Below, piece after piece: positions 21,467 to 32,131 of a DNA stretch of 64,000 nucleotides (position 1 is the first letter of the stretch; each line of letters begins with the position of its first letter). The notes below the pieces were generated by a model, which made no database searches, was not told where the DNA came from, and saw only the letters and a list, made by a program, of their open reading frames with translations. The stretch covers positions 8,664 to 72,663 of IMG/VR virus record IMGVR_UViG_3300025132_000028; one strand, 5' to 3'. A program made the translations under genes and the position numbers. Origin of the DNA: a virus.

Positions 21467-24400
21467 ATGCCACAAAGAACCAATTTAAATATTAATCCAT
21501 ATTATGACGATTTTGACGCAGAAAACAATTACTATAGGGTATTGTTCAAGCCTGGTTTTCCAGTTCAGGCTAGAGAATTAACTACATCTCAATCTATTCT
21601 TCAGAATCAGATTGAGAAATTTGCTAGACATACTTTCAAAGATGGATCTGTTGTAATACCTGGTGGAGTTAGTTATGATTTTGATTATCAATCAATTCAG
21701 ATTGAATCAACTTTCCTTGGTTTGAATGTTGGTGATTATATTACATCTTTTATAGGAAAAGAGATTAGAGGTCAACAAACAGGTCTTGAAGCAAAGATTG
21801 TAAATGTTCTTCTTTCTTCGCAAACATCGAGTGGTAATATTACTCTTTTCATAAAATATACTTCTGGTACATCTGGTAATCAAGTAGGTGCTTTCCAAGA
21901 CGGAGAGACTTTAATTACTGAAGAAAACGTTGTATATGGAAATACAACTATTTCTAGTGGAAACACTTTTGCAGTTACTATTGCAACTAATGCAGCACAA
22001 ATAGGTTCTGCTGCTCACGTAGATGCTGGTACTTTCTTCTTCAGAGGTTATTTTGTTGATGTTAAAAAGCAAACAGTAGTTTTAGACGAAGCCGACGATA
22101 CCCCTTCATACAGAGTTGGTCTTCAAATTAGTGAAGAGATTGTAAACGCAAAGCAAGATAATACTTTATATGATAATGCAAAGGGTTTTACTAACTTTGC
22201 TGCTCCTGGTGCTGATAGATTTAAAATCCAAACTACTTTAGTTAAAAAGAGTCTTACTGATCTTAATGACTCAAGTTTTATTGAACTCTTAAGAGTTGAC
22301 GAAGGTGTACTTTTAAATGTACCCAATAAACCAGCGTATTCTGTTATTAAAGATTATATTGCTGAAAGAGATTTTGAGAGAACTGGTAACTTCTTCGTTG
22401 AACCTTTTGATATTACTTTCCATGAGTGTTTGAATAATAGAAGAGGTAATAATGGTCTGTTTTATGATAATCAAGTAACTGATGAAGGTGCTGTTCCTTC
22501 TAACGATTTAGCTTGTGTTTCTGTAGGTTCTGGTAAAGCATATGTAAAAGGTTATGATATTGATAGACCTGTTGCAACAATTTTAGATATTCCAAAACCA
22601 AGAACAACTCGTAAAATTGAAGATGCTTTTGTTCCATATAATCTAGGTAGTCAAGTTCAAGTAAATAATGTTTATGGACATCCTGCAATTAAGAGAGAAG
22701 TTCAATTATACAGTCAAAGATTAGGTGCTAATGGAACTACTCTTGCGGGTGAAAGAATTGGTGATTGTAGGTGCTATTCTTTTAATTTAACTTCTGGAGA
22801 ATACTTATCTCCTAAAACTCCATTTACTTTATTTGTTTATGATGTAACATTATATCAGAAGTTACATCTTGCTAATCCTCTCAGTGCTGCTCAACTTCCT
22901 GCTGGTGCATATATTACAGGTCAATCTAGTGGTGCATCTGGATATGTAACCGCAGCTGGTACTGGAAGTGCCAAAGTCTTTGTAAGAGATACAAGTGGAA
23001 CTTTCATCCAAGGTGAAACAATTTATATTAATGGCATTAAAGAGAATGCTAGAAAAACTTTAGATGTAAGAGTATATGATAGTACTGATGTAAAATCTGT
23101 TTATCAACAAGCTTCTGCATTAGGTCTACAGGCAAATTTCTATGGTGATGTACTTTTAGTAGGTCAACCTGTTCCTGGATTTAAAGAAACAGACCAATTT
23201 AATATTACTGCTGCTGGTAAAGTATCAATTAACAGTAAAACTCTTACTGGTATTAAAACAGATTCTTTACTCGCTGTTCAGCAAGTTGGTTTTACAACAA
23301 CCACTTTGTATAGAGTAAAAGATATTGCAAAAACTGGACTTGAAGTTACTATAGAAGCAACCACAGATGTTGTTGGAATTACTACTGGTGCTCTTCCTGC
23401 AGCGAATATTACATCAACAATTATTGCTTTTACACCTATTGTACAAAATATTAATCAGGATGAGATGTATGTTTCTCTTCCACAAAGTGATGTTGCTACA
23501 GTAGATTTACAAAATTCAAGTCTTGAGTTTCATACCCAACTTACTGCATTAGCAACTAATGGTTCTGGTGAAATGACAATCACTAATACCAGTGGTGTTC
23601 AAGGTGCTTTATTTGAAGCATTTGATGAAGAAAGATATAGTATTGTTTATTCTGATGGTGTTATTGCAACAATATCATCAAATAAATTTGAATATAACAG
23701 TGGTTCAAATACAATCACAATTAAAGGTTTAAGACAATCTCAAACTAACGTTGTTGCCAATGTTGTGATGAAGAAACCTCAGTTTAAGGCAAAGAGTAAG
23801 GTTGTTAATCGATCACAAGTTGTAAATATTACTAGATCTGCAAATAAACAATCTGGATCTACAGCAAATAATAGTTTAAATGATGGTTTGTCATTTAGTA
23901 CGTTTTTTGGAACTAGAATTCAAGATAAGAAAATTTGTTTGAATTATCCAGAGGTTATTGAAGTTCTTGCTATTCATGAATCTTTTGATTCTAATGCACC
24001 TACATTCGATAAACTAAATCTCACTTCTGTAGAAAATGTACAGACTAGTGCTATTATTGGTGAAAGTATTATTGGTAATGATAGTAAAGCAATTGCAAGA
24101 CTTGTAGCAAAACCTGGTGCTGCTCAAGTAGAGTTTGTATATTTAACTGATGCTAGATTTATTCTTGGGGAAGATATTTCTTTTAATGAGAGTGATATTG
24201 TTGCAAGTATTGATAGTATTGTTAATGGAAGTTATAAAGATATTACTTACAGATATTCATTAAGTAATGGTCAAGAACATGCGTTCTCAAACTATGCTTC
24301 TCTTAGTCGAAGTGCTAGTAGTGGTCAACCTCCAACTAGACAGTTAAAAGTTGTATTTGATTATTACTCTGTTCCTTCTGGTGATGATGGTGATGTTGTA

Positions 24401-27400
24401 ACTGTAGATAGTTACCCACAGTCTGTGTTTAGAGGATTGATCCCAGATATGGAGTCTGAACGGGATGGTTCTACTACTGGTGGTACAAACGTCTTAGACT
24501 TTAGACCTGCTGTTGCCATATACGATCCAGCAACTGCATCAGCACCTCCATTTAGTTTTGCATCTAGAGACTTTGGTGCTCTTAATAAACCAGCTCTACC
24601 TCTAGCAGTTGGGGAAGGATCTTTAGTAAGTTTTGAATATTACTTATCAAGAAAAGATAAACTATTCTTGAATAAAAATGGTGATCTATCTATTGTTCAA
24701 GGTGTGCCTGGTGAAGGTGAACCTGACGATTTAGATGCTGACCATATGTTATTGGGTACTATCAGTTTACCTGCATATACAGATGAAACTGATTCTATTG
24801 ATATTGATTTAGAAAACCCAAGAAGATATACTTTTGCTGATATTGCTAAATTAGATAATAAAATTAGTGCTCTTGAAAATTCAGTTACTCTTTCTATGTT
24901 AGAAGAGGAAACAAAAAACGTTGACATTAGAGATGCAACTGGTAAAGCACGTTTCAAAAATGGTTTCTTTGCTGATAATTTCCAAACTAGTGAACAAATT
25001 GATGATGACCACCCAGATAATAAGTGCGAACAGACCGATGAAGGTAGCGGTACAATTACACCATTACCATCAAACGCATCTTTAAAAACATTAATTGTAA
25101 CTAAAGATGAAACAACATCTGCTACTTACGATAGTACAACTGATTATGACCTTTTAGATGATAATGTTGTTAAGAGGGGTGACCTCTTGATGCTTAAGTA
25201 TGAAGAGAAAGAGTGGGTAAAACAACTTGCAGCAACTGGTGTAAGTAATATTAACCCATTTAATGTTATTACATGGGCAGTTGCAATTACACTAAAACCT
25301 GATATTGATAGTTGGTCTAGAAAAATTCAAACTCAACAAACTGTAAAGATTAAAGGTAAACAAAAAACAGTAAAGGTTGTTACTAAGCGTTATAAGTGGG
25401 TTCGTACTGGTTACTGGTGGGGCTGGTGGGGTCGTTGGCGTTGGTATTGGCGTCGTTATAGATGGAGATGGTGTCATTGGAGTTGGGGGTACTACTGGTA
25501 TCGTCGTGGTTGGAGATATGGATGGAGATGGCGTTACGGTTACTACAGATATCGTTGGAGATACGGCTATTGGGGCTGGTGGGGCTGGGGCAACCGTTGT
25601 ATGCGTCGAGTTGCTACTTACACTACTACTTACAAGAAGGTTGATGTACCAACACCAACGCCTGCAGATAAGGTCGAGAAGATCAAGTCGCAAGCAGAAG
25701 AGTATATGCGTTCTAGAAACGTACTTGTTGATGCACTGTCTTGTAAACCAAAGACTAGGTATTACCACTTCTTTGATGGAAGTAATACTTTGGATATTGT
25801 ACCAAAACTTCTTGAAATCAAGAATGTTACAGCAGCATTCAAAGTTGGTGAAACTGTAATTGGTAAGAGTGGGAAAGCAAGAATTAAGTTCAGAGTTTGT
25901 ACACCTAACCATAAGAGAGGTAAGTATAACAAACCAGATAGAACTTATAGCATAAACCCATACAATACTGCACAGAATATTCCTACGACATATTCTAAGT
26001 CTTCGACAGTCTTAAACGTAGACGTCGCTTCGATGGCGGAGGAAGCACAAGGTTCATTCAGTGGATATGTTGTTAATGGCATGTTACTGACTGGTCAACA
26101 GTCTGGTGCGACTGCAAAGGTAAGTCAGATTCGTTTGGTTTCTGATAAGTTTGGTGATATTCAAGCAACGTTCTTTATCAGAGATCCTCTTGCAAATCCT
26201 GCACCTCCAAACAGATTTAAGACAGGTACTAAGCAATTTGTTCTTAATACTGATATTAACAACACTAAAGCAGTTCCTGGATCTACCAAGATCTCTTCAG
26301 GACAAGCAGATTATAAGTCTACTGGTGTTATTGAAACTTGGAGAACGACAAAGTATAAGGTTTACTTCCATAGAGACCCTCTTGCACAGTCGTTTACAAC
26401 AGATGCTAGTGGTGTATTCCTTACTAGTCTTGACGTTTGGTTCTATACTAAGGATGAAAAACTCCCAGTATTCCTTGAAGTCAGACAAATGCAGTTGGGT
26501 ATTCCAACCAGAAATGTTTTAGAATATTCTGAAGTAAAACTTGATCCAGACCAAGTTACATTGGTTCCTGACACTGGTGCATCTGCAGGTAATAACACTT
26601 ATAAGACCACATTTACATTTAAGTCTCCTGTATTCTGTTCTCCAAACACTGAATTCTGTGTCGTTCTCTTGTCTGAGTCTGATTCTTATGAAGTCTTCCT
26701 TGCAAGGATGGGTTCTAAGACACTCAACTTTAAGGCACTAGGATTAGGTCAGAACTCTCAGCACAGTAAACAGTGGGGTGCTGGTTCTCTATTCAAGTCT
26801 CAGAACGGTTCTATTTGGACTCCAACTCAGGAAGAAGATTTAACATTCAGACTTAAGAGAGCAAACTTTACAGCTACCTCTGGTACTGTTTATATGCACA
26901 ACCCAGATCTTGATGTAAGTAATAATTACATTAGAAGACTCGATCCCGATTCTTTCCAAGTCGTTTCTAGATCTGTAACTGTTGGTATTGATACAGTCAC
27001 AAATGGAACTACCATGGCAGGTATTCTTACTACTGGTAGGAAAATTGGTGAAGCAACTTCTTCTGAAGGTGGTACTTCTGGTAAGTCTTATGTCTTTGGT
27101 ACTATTGAAAGTACTGGTGGTCCTATTGACCTAACATTTGGTTCTTACGCAGGTATTTCTACAGTTGCTATTGGTGGTACTGATTACATCGATGGTCAAT
27201 ATAATAATGTTGATCTGTTCGCTGTTACTGGTAATGGAGTTGGTGCAAAAGCAAACCTCTTTGTTGAAAATGGAAACGTAACTGCTGCTGGTGCAACTAT
27301 TGTAGATGCAGGACATGGTTATACTGTGGGTGATATTATCGGTATTACAACTGCTGATGCTGGTGGTGCTGGTTCTCAATGTCAATTGTCAATTGAAGCA

Positions 27401-28903
27401 ACTAGTGGTGTTGATAGATTATTCCTAGAAGATGTACGTGGTAACACTTTTGTTACTAGTGAAAAACTTGTTTACTTCAATGATTCTGGAACTAGAGTAG
27501 CACTTGCAAACACGACAATTACATTGTCCGCAAGAACTGGTCCTACCTCTAATGAAGGTGACATGATAATTGTTTATCTTCCAAATCATGGAATGTATAG
27601 TGGATCTAACAAGATTACTATTAGTGGATGTAAGGATCTTGCAGATGCAACACAACTATCTGCTGATGTTACTTCTACTAGCACGGTAATTTCTGTTGCT
27701 TCTACCATGGGTTATGAAACATTTGAAGGAATGCCAGTAAGTGCAACAAATCCAGGTTATGTATTAGTTGACGATGAACTTATTTCTTACACTGGTATTG
27801 GTGCGGGAACATTAACTATTGGTACTAGAGGTGTTGATGGTACAGTTTCTACTCCACACACTAACGGAGAAGAAGTTGACCTGTATGAACTACAAGGTGT
27901 ATCTCTCAGAAGAATTAACACAACTCATGACATTGACCCTTATGAGTTTGATATTGATAACTTCTATATCAGAATTCAGAGAGATCAAAATGGTACAACC
28001 AGAAATGATGATGGAACATTGGTTAATGCTCCACTCCTAAGTTTCGCTGATAGTGGAGCTGCTGGTGGTGATGAAATCGATACCACAACTAACTTGTTGT
28101 ACTCTAGCATCAAACCTAACTACAGAGTTATTAAACCTACTGGTAAGACTTCTGTTACTGCACAAGCCAGAACAATCACAGGTACAAGTCCAAGTGGAAA
28201 TGAAGTCTCTTATGTAGATAAGGGTTATGTAAACATTGATCTTGGTAATGTTAATGAGTTTAGAGATGTAAGAATGATTGCTTCTAAAGTTAATGAAGAC
28301 ACATATAACACTGAACTATTCAGGAATAAGTCTTTCACAACTGCGATCACATTACAAACAACAGATACAAATGTATCTCCAACTATTGACTCAACGGTTG
28401 GTGCAACTGAATTTGAATTCTTTAGACTTAATGATCCAGTCAATAATTATGCCCTAGATGGTCGTGTTAACATTGCTGGTGAAGATCCACATGCATCCGC
28501 ATACGTAAGTAAGAATGTTTCGCTTGAGAATGAATCACAAGCACTAAAAGTGATTATTGAAGCATACAGAAGTGACACATCTGATTTCCGTGTTGCATAT
28601 CAACTCCAAACAAGTGCTGAAGGTGGTGCTGCTCCATGGCGTCTCTTCCCTGGTTTTGATAACTTGAAAGACACTGATGGTAACGGATTAGGTGATGAAG
28701 TTATTACTCAATTGAATAATAACGGTAAGCCAGATAGAAAGATCAGAGCATCTGCTCCTTTATCTGATGAATTCATCCAGTATGAGTTTAATGCTCAGAA
28801 CTTAACTGAATTCACAGGATTTAGAGTCAAGATTATGATGTCTGGTACAAATGCTGCTGATCCTCCAAAGTTCAGATCAATCAGAGCGATTGCATACACA
28901 TAG
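21467..28903 (+). CDS. Large virion structural protein, VrlC/DUF4815-like (2478 aa)
   Basis: N-terminal NINPYYDDF...VLFKPGFPVQARELT..QS.LQ.Q, APGADR, RFKNGFFADNF, DPLAQSF and SLFKSQNGS.WT motifs characteristic of the cyanophage VrlC-like protein. Confidence 0.85.
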   Translation: MPQRTNLNINPYYDDFDAENNYYRVLFKPGFPVQARELTTSQSILQNQIEKFARHTFKDGSVVIPGGVSYDFDYQSIQIESTFLGLNVGDYITSFIGKEIRGQQTGLEAKIVNVLLSSQTSSGNITLFIKYTSGTSGNQVGAFQDGETLITEENVVYGNTTISSGNTFAVTIATNAAQIGSAAHVDAGTFFFRGYFVDVKKQTVVLDEADDTPSYRVGLQISEEIVNAKQDNTLYDNAKGFTNFAAPGADRFKIQTTLVKKSLTDLNDSSFIELLRVDEGVLLNVPNKPAYSVIKDYIAERDFERTGNFFVEPFDITFHECLNNRRGNNGLFYDNQVTDEGAVPSNDLACVSVGSGKAYVKGYDIDRPVATILDIPKPRTTRKIEDAFVPYNLGSQVQVNNVYGHPAIKREVQLYSQRLGANGTTLAGERIGDCRCYSFNLTSGEYLSPKTPFTLFVYDVTLYQKLHLANPLSAAQLPAGAYITGQSSGASGYVTAAGTGSAKVFVRDTSGTFIQGETIYINGIKENARKTLDVRVYDSTDVKSVYQQASALGLQANFYGDVLLVGQPVPGFKETDQFNITAAGKVSINSKTLTGIKTDSLLAVQQVGFTTTTLYRVKDIAKTGLEVTIEATTDVVGITTGALPAANITSTIIAFTPIVQNINQDEMYVSLPQSDVATVDLQNSSLEFHTQLTALATNGSGEMTITNTSGVQGALFEAFDEERYSIVYSDGVIATISSNKFEYNSGSNTITIKGLRQSQTNVVANVVMKKPQFKAKSKVVNRSQVVNITRSANKQSGSTANNSLNDGLSFSTFFGTRIQDKKICLNYPEVIEVLAIHESFDSNAPTFDKLNLTSVENVQTSAIIGESIIGNDSKAIARLVAKPGAAQVEFVYLTDARFILGEDISFNESDIVASIDSIVNGSYKDITYRYSLSNGQEHAFSNYASLSRSASSGQPPTRQLKVVFDYYSVPSGDDGDVVTVDSYPQSVFRGLIPDMESERDGSTTGGTNVLDFRPAVAIYDPATASAPPFSFASRDFGALNKPALPLAVGEGSLVSFEYYLSRKDKLFLNKNGDLSIVQGVPGEGEPDDLDADHMLLGTISLPAYTDETDSIDIDLENPRRYTFADIAKLDNKISALENSVTLSMLEEETKNVDIRDATGKARFKNGFFADNFQTSEQIDDDHPDNKCEQTDEGSGTITPLPSNASLKTLIVTKDETTSATYDSTTDYDLLDDNVVKRGDLLMLKYEEKEWVKQLAATGVSNINPFNVITWAVAITLKPDIDSWSRKIQTQQTVKIKGKQKTVKVVTKRYKWVRTGYWWGWWGRWRWYWRRYRWRWCHWSWGYYWYRRGWRYGWRWRYGYYRYRWRYGYWGWWGWGNRCMRRVATYTTTYKKVDVPTPTPADKVEKIKSQAEEYMRSRNVLVDALSCKPKTRYYHFFDGSNTLDIVPKLLEIKNVTAAFKVGETVIGKSGKARIKFRVCTPNHKRGKYNKPDRTYSINPYNTAQNIPTTYSKSSTVLNVDVASMAEEAQGSFSGYVVNGMLLTGQQSGATAKVSQIRLVSDKFGDIQATFFIRDPLANPAPPNRFKTGTKQFVLNTDINNTKAVPGSTKISSGQADYKSTGVIETWRTTKYKVYFHRDPLAQSFTTDASGVFLTSLDVWFYTKDEKLPVFLEVRQMQLGIPTRNVLEYSEVKLDPDQVTLVPDTGASAGNNTYKTTFTFKSPVFCSPNTEFCVVLLSESDSYEVFLARMGSKTLNFKALGLGQNSQHSKQWGAGSLFKSQNGSIWTPTQEEDLTFRLKRANFTATSGTVYMHNPDLDVSNNYIRRLDPDSFQVVSRSVTVGIDTVTNGTTMAGILTTGRKIGEATSSEGGTSGKSYVFGTIESTGGPIDLTFGSYAGISTVAIGGTDYIDGQYNNVDLFAVTGNGVGAKANLFVENGNVTAAGATIVDAGHGYTVGDIIGITTADAGGAGSQCQLSIEATSGVDRLFLEDVRGNTFVTSEKLVYFNDSGTRVALANTTITLSARTGPTSNEGDMIIVYLPNHGMYSGSNKITISGCKDLADATQLSADVTSTSTVISVASTMGYETFEGMPVSATNPGYVLVDDELISYTGIGAGTLTIGTRGVDGTVSTPHTNGEEVDLYELQGVSLRRINTTHDIDPYEFDIDNFYIRIQRDQNGTTRNDDGTLVNAPLLSFADSGAAGGDEIDTTTNLLYSSIKPNYRVIKPTGKTSVTAQARTITGTSPSGNEVSYVDKGYVNIDLGNVNEFRDVRMIASKVNEDTYNTELFRNKSFTTAITLQTTDTNVSPTIDSTVGATEFEFFRLNDPVNNYALDGRVNIAGEDPHASAYVSKNVSLENESQALKVIIEAYRSDTSDFRVAYQLQTSAEGGAAPWRLFPGFDNLKDTDGNGLGDEVITQLNNNGKPDRKIRASAPLSDEFIQYEFNAQNLTEFTGFRVKIMMSGTNAADPPKFRSIRAIAYT

Positions 28904-28908
28904 ACTAT

Positions 28909-28938
28909 AAAAGACACCTAAATATAGGTGTCTTTTTA
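28909..28938 (+). terminator. Perfect 12-bp hairpin followed by a T-run; late promoter CTAAATA (28918-28924) overlaps the loop
   Basis: aaaagacaccta-aata-taggtgtctttt immediately after the VrlC-like stop codon. Confidence 0.7.
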
Positions 28939-28946
28939 ATAATAAA

Positions 28947-29408
28947 ATGTCATCACCTGATCCTGACTTATCAGCTTTTAATGAATTTGCCTTTCAAACT
29001 ATCTTGGATCAATACCAAGAAGATGAAATTTGGAAGATGTATAAAGATCAGCAAAAACTTGATGATCAATTAAAAGAGGAAGAAAAAGAAATTGAATACA
29101 TTGAAGAAGCAAGAGAAGGCGATGAGGAATTTTCTTTAATGAATTTTACTGAAGAATTTGATATCAGACCAGTAGCAGATAATCCTGGTCTTTATAAAGA
29201 TATGAGTACTGGTGCAGTTTTAAATATGGACAATACTGCTTTTAAGATGTATCAAACTAACAAAATAAGATCTGAAGCAGTCCAAAGAAAACAAGAAGAG
29301 ACAAATGAAAAAGTTTCTAAAATGGATCTTGAAGTGGAAGAAATGAAAGGAGATCTTAAAGAATTGAAAGGTTTAATTAGAGATTTGATAAAAGGACTAA
29401 ATAACTAA
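28947..29408 (+). CDS. Hypothetical protein (acidic N-terminus, C-terminal coiled coil)
   Basis: 153-aa ORF downstream of a late promoter; PGLYKDMSTGAVLN...LKELKGLI pattern seen in cyanophage genes at this position. Confidence 0.7.
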   Translation: MSSPDPDLSAFNEFAFQTILDQYQEDEIWKMYKDQQKLDDQLKEEEKEIEYIEEAREGDEEFSLMNFTEEFDIRPVADNPGLYKDMSTGAVLNMDNTAFKMYQTNKIRSEAVQRKQEETNEKVSKMDLEVEEMKGDLKELKGLIRDLIKGLNN

Positions 29409-29428
29409 ACGGTATATATTTTTTTCTG

Positions 29429-29767
29429 ATGGCAGCAGTTTACAATAAAAATATTGTTATTAATACTGGTTCAACTTTCAATGAGACCTATAACTTAAGA
29501 AATCCAGATGAGACTTCTTACAGTTTAGTTGGTGCTGGAATGAGTGGTATTTTGAAAAAACATCCTGGTGCTAGTTCTGGAGTTGGTTTTGCAATGACTT
29601 CTACTGATCTTGCAGGAGGAGAATTAAAATTGACAATGACCTCAACAGATACTAACAAATTAAAAGAAGGTCGTTACAGATATGATGTTTTGGTCACAGA
29701 ATCTGGTGGAGATAAAGTCCATATTATAGAAGGTTCAGCAATGGTAAGAGCAGGAGTAACCACATGA
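29429..29767 (+). CDS. Small putative virion structural protein (Ig-like fold)
   Basis: 112-aa ORF with LKEGRYRYDV...IIEG motif, preceded by CTAAATA at 29397-29403. Confidence 0.7.
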   Translation: MAAVYNKNIVINTGSTFNETYNLRNPDETSYSLVGAGMSGILKKHPGASSGVGFAMTSTDLAGGELKLTMTSTDTNKLKEGRYRYDVLVTESGGDKVHIIEGSAMVRAGVTT

Positions 29768-29901
29768 CTTATACTCAAAAAATAATTGTTCCTAAAAACG
29801 GAGAAGTAGATACAAAGTTAATTAAAACCTCTACTGCCCAGAAGGTAAGCGTTCTAAATAATAATAATAAAGATAATATTGACATTACTATAAGCGGGTA
29901 A
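29764..29901 (+). CDS. Short hypothetical protein (45 aa), not in the ORF track
   Basis: ATGA overlap with the upstream stop; reads MTYTQKIIVPKNGEV...ITISG*; fills the gap before g13. Confidence 0.45.
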   Translation: MTYTQKIIVPKNGEVDTKLIKTSTAQKVSVLNNNNKDNIDITISG

Positions 29902-29903
29902 AT

Positions 29904-30746
29904 ATGGCAAAACCATCTACCAGAGAAGGATTTAAAGACTATTGCCTAAGGCAATTGGGTGCTCCTGTATTAGAAATCAACGTTGATGATGACCAACTAG
30001 ATGATTTGGTGGATGATGCTTTGCAGTTTTGGCAAGAGAGACATTTTGATGGAACGGAAAGTCAATATTTAAAATATAAGATTACACAAGATGATATTGA
30101 TAGAGGAAAGGCAAGGGTTGGAAATCAAGGTGCAGGTATTACTACAACAACAGATAGTGCTACTATTGTTGGAAGTAGTGTTGGTTTTAACTTTGAAGAA
30201 AATAGTAACTTTTTAAAAATTCCAGATGATGTTATCGGAGTAAATAAAGTATTCAGATTTGACAGTAGTACCATTTCTAGTGGAATGTTCAGTGTTAAAT
30301 ATCAATTATTTTTAAATGACATTTATTTCTTAGGTGCTAGTGAGTTATTAAGTTACTCTATGGTCAAGAGTCACTTGGAGACTATTGATAGGTTACTTAC
30401 AACTGATAAGCAAATAAGATTCAATAAAACTCAAGGAAAACTTTATATTGATATTGAGTGGAATAATGCAACTCCAGATGATTATATTATTATTGATTGT
30501 TACAGAGCACTTGATCCATCAACCAATCAGTTAGTTTGGAATAATTATTTCTTAAAACGATATGCCACCGCATTGATTAAAAGACAATGGGGTCAAAACT
30601 TAATTAAATTTCAAGGTGTAAAACTTCCTGGTGGTATTGAATTAAATGGCAGACCAATATATGATGATGCTGAAAGAGAACTTACTGAATTGAGACAGGC
30701 AATGATTAGTGAATACGAACTTCCACCTTTTGATCTTATCGGATAA
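29904..30746 (+). CDS. g13: Neck protein gp13
   Basis: YCLRQLGAPVLEINV..DQ.DD and KRQWGQNL.KF.GV.LPGG..LNG motifs. Confidence 0.93.
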   Translation: MAKPSTREGFKDYCLRQLGAPVLEINVDDDQLDDLVDDALQFWQERHFDGTESQYLKYKITQDDIDRGKARVGNQGAGITTTTDSATIVGSSVGFNFEENSNFLKIPDDVIGVNKVFRFDSSTISSGMFSVKYQLFLNDIYFLGASELLSYSMVKSHLETIDRLLTTDKQIRFNKTQGKLYIDIEWNNATPDDYIIIDCYRALDPSTNQLVWNNYFLKRYATALIKRQWGQNLIKFQGVKLPGGIELNGRPIYDDAERELTELRQAMISEYELPPFDLIG

Positions 30747-32131
30747 TGGCACTCAATCCCTTTTTTATACAAGGTTCATCTGGAGAACAGAACCTTGTAC
30801 AAGATTTAATCAACGAACAGTTGAGGATGTATGGTATTGATGTAACCTACATTCCAAGGAAGTTTGTAAATAAACAATCAATTATAGAAGAAGTACAATC
30901 ATCAAAATTTGATGATAATTTTACCATTGAAGCATATTTGCAAAACTATGATGGGTTCCAAGGTAATGGAGATATTCTAACAAAATTTGGAATCACTCTA
31001 AAAGATGAAGTACAATTAATTATTTCTAAAGAGAGGTTTACTGATTTTATCCGTCCATTCATGGATCAGATGGATGATGATGAAGTTGAATTTTTTGATA
31101 CCCCTAGAGAGGGAGATTTAATATACTTCCCACTTGGGAAAAAGTTATTTGAGATCAAGTATGTAGAAGTAGAAAAACCATTCTTCATGCTTCGTAAAAA
31201 CTACGTTTTTGAACTTAGATGTGAACTCTTTGAATACGAGAATGAGGTTCTTGATACTGGTATTGATTCTATTGATAAGACAGTTCTTGACGAAGGATTC
31301 ATCACCACATTAAACATTGTAGGAAATGGAAGCACTGCTCTAGGAACTGCAAGTACAACTACTGGTTATGTTGGTCAAGTATTCTTACAAAATGATGGAT
31401 ATGGATTTACTAGTACTCCTTTAGTAACATTCACTTCTCCTCCAGTTGGATTTACAACTGCTACTGCTGTTGCAATCACAACTACCATGGGAACATTACG
31501 AGCGGTAGAAGCAATCAGATTGACAAATGCTGGTTATGGATATAGTGAAAAACCAACCATCTTTATCACAGGTGGTGGTGGATCTGGTGCAATTGCAACC
31601 TGTACTTTTGTGGTTGGATCTGGAACTTCCTTCGGTGTTGGAGAAATTACTGTTGGAACATCAGGAACTCAATATGCTGCTTCACCAACTGTTGCTATTG
31701 GAACTGCTCCAGCTGGTGGAGTTGATGCAACTGCATTTGCAACTCTTAATTCCAGAGGTCAGGTTAATAATGTATACATTACCAATGCAGGTACTGGATA
31801 TACCGAAGCACCTTCTGTAACCTTCTCTGGTGCTCCTCAGAACGGTTCTGGCAGTTATGTATACAATGAACTAGTTACTGGGCAATCAAGCAATACAACA
31901 GCAAGAGTTAGGGAATGGGATGCAACCACTAATGTTCTTAAGGTTGGTATTGTTACTGGAACCTTCTATGATGGAGAAACAGTTGTTGGTTCTGCGTCTT
32001 CTGCTACATATACTGTGAGAACATATACTTTTGAAGATACTTACGATGCTTTCAATGAAGGTGATGTCTTTGAGACAGAGGCAGATTTAATCGTAGATTT
32101 CTCTGAAAGAAACCCATTTGGTGATTTCTAA
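30746..32131 (+). CDS. g14: Neck protein gp14 with inserted GxGY/PTV repeat domain
   Basis: EQNLVQDLINE.L.MYG, KFG, PREGDLIYFP, ELFEY..E..DTG and C-terminal DFSE.NPFG. Confidence 0.92.
   Translation: MALNPFFIQGSSGEQNLVQDLINEQLRMYGIDVTYIPRKFVNKQSIIEEVQSSKFDDNFTIEAYLQNYDGFQGNGDILTKFGITLKDEVQLIISKERFTDFIRPFMDQMDDDEVEFFDTPREGDLIYFPLGKKLFEIKYVEVEKPFFMLRKNYVFELRCELFEYENEVLDTGIDSIDKTVLDEGFITTLNIVGNGSTALGTASTTTGYVGQVFLQNDGYGFTSTPLVTFTSPPVGFTTATAVAITTTMGTLRAVEAIRLTNAGYGYSEKPTIFITGGGGSGAIATCTFVVGSGTSFGVGEITVGTSGTQYAASPTVAIGTAPAGGVDATAFATLNSRGQVNNVYITNAGTGYTEAPSVTFSGAPQNGSGSYVYNELVTGQSSNTTARVREWDATTNVLKVGIVTGTFYDGETVVGSASSATYTVRTYTFEDTYDAFNEGDVFETEADLIVDFSERNPFGDF

Noticed and set aside
25377-25859. 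Alternative-frame Gly/Val-rich ORF that could be the true reading of the W/R segment
   Set aside because: The main frame stays open for 2478 aa and uses the common Arg codons CGT and AGA. The alternative frame needs many GGG/GGC/GTC/ACG codons and is the expected shadow of TGG/CGT runs.
25292-25912. Minus-strand Pro/Thr-rich 206-aa ORF
   Set aside because: It is the antisense shadow of Trp and Gly codons (TGG gives CCA), with no evident promoter or RBS.
28903-29904. Apparent absence of T4 g9-g12/wac (and g24 after g23) as a novelty
   Set aside because: This is the usual arrangement in T4-like cyanophages.
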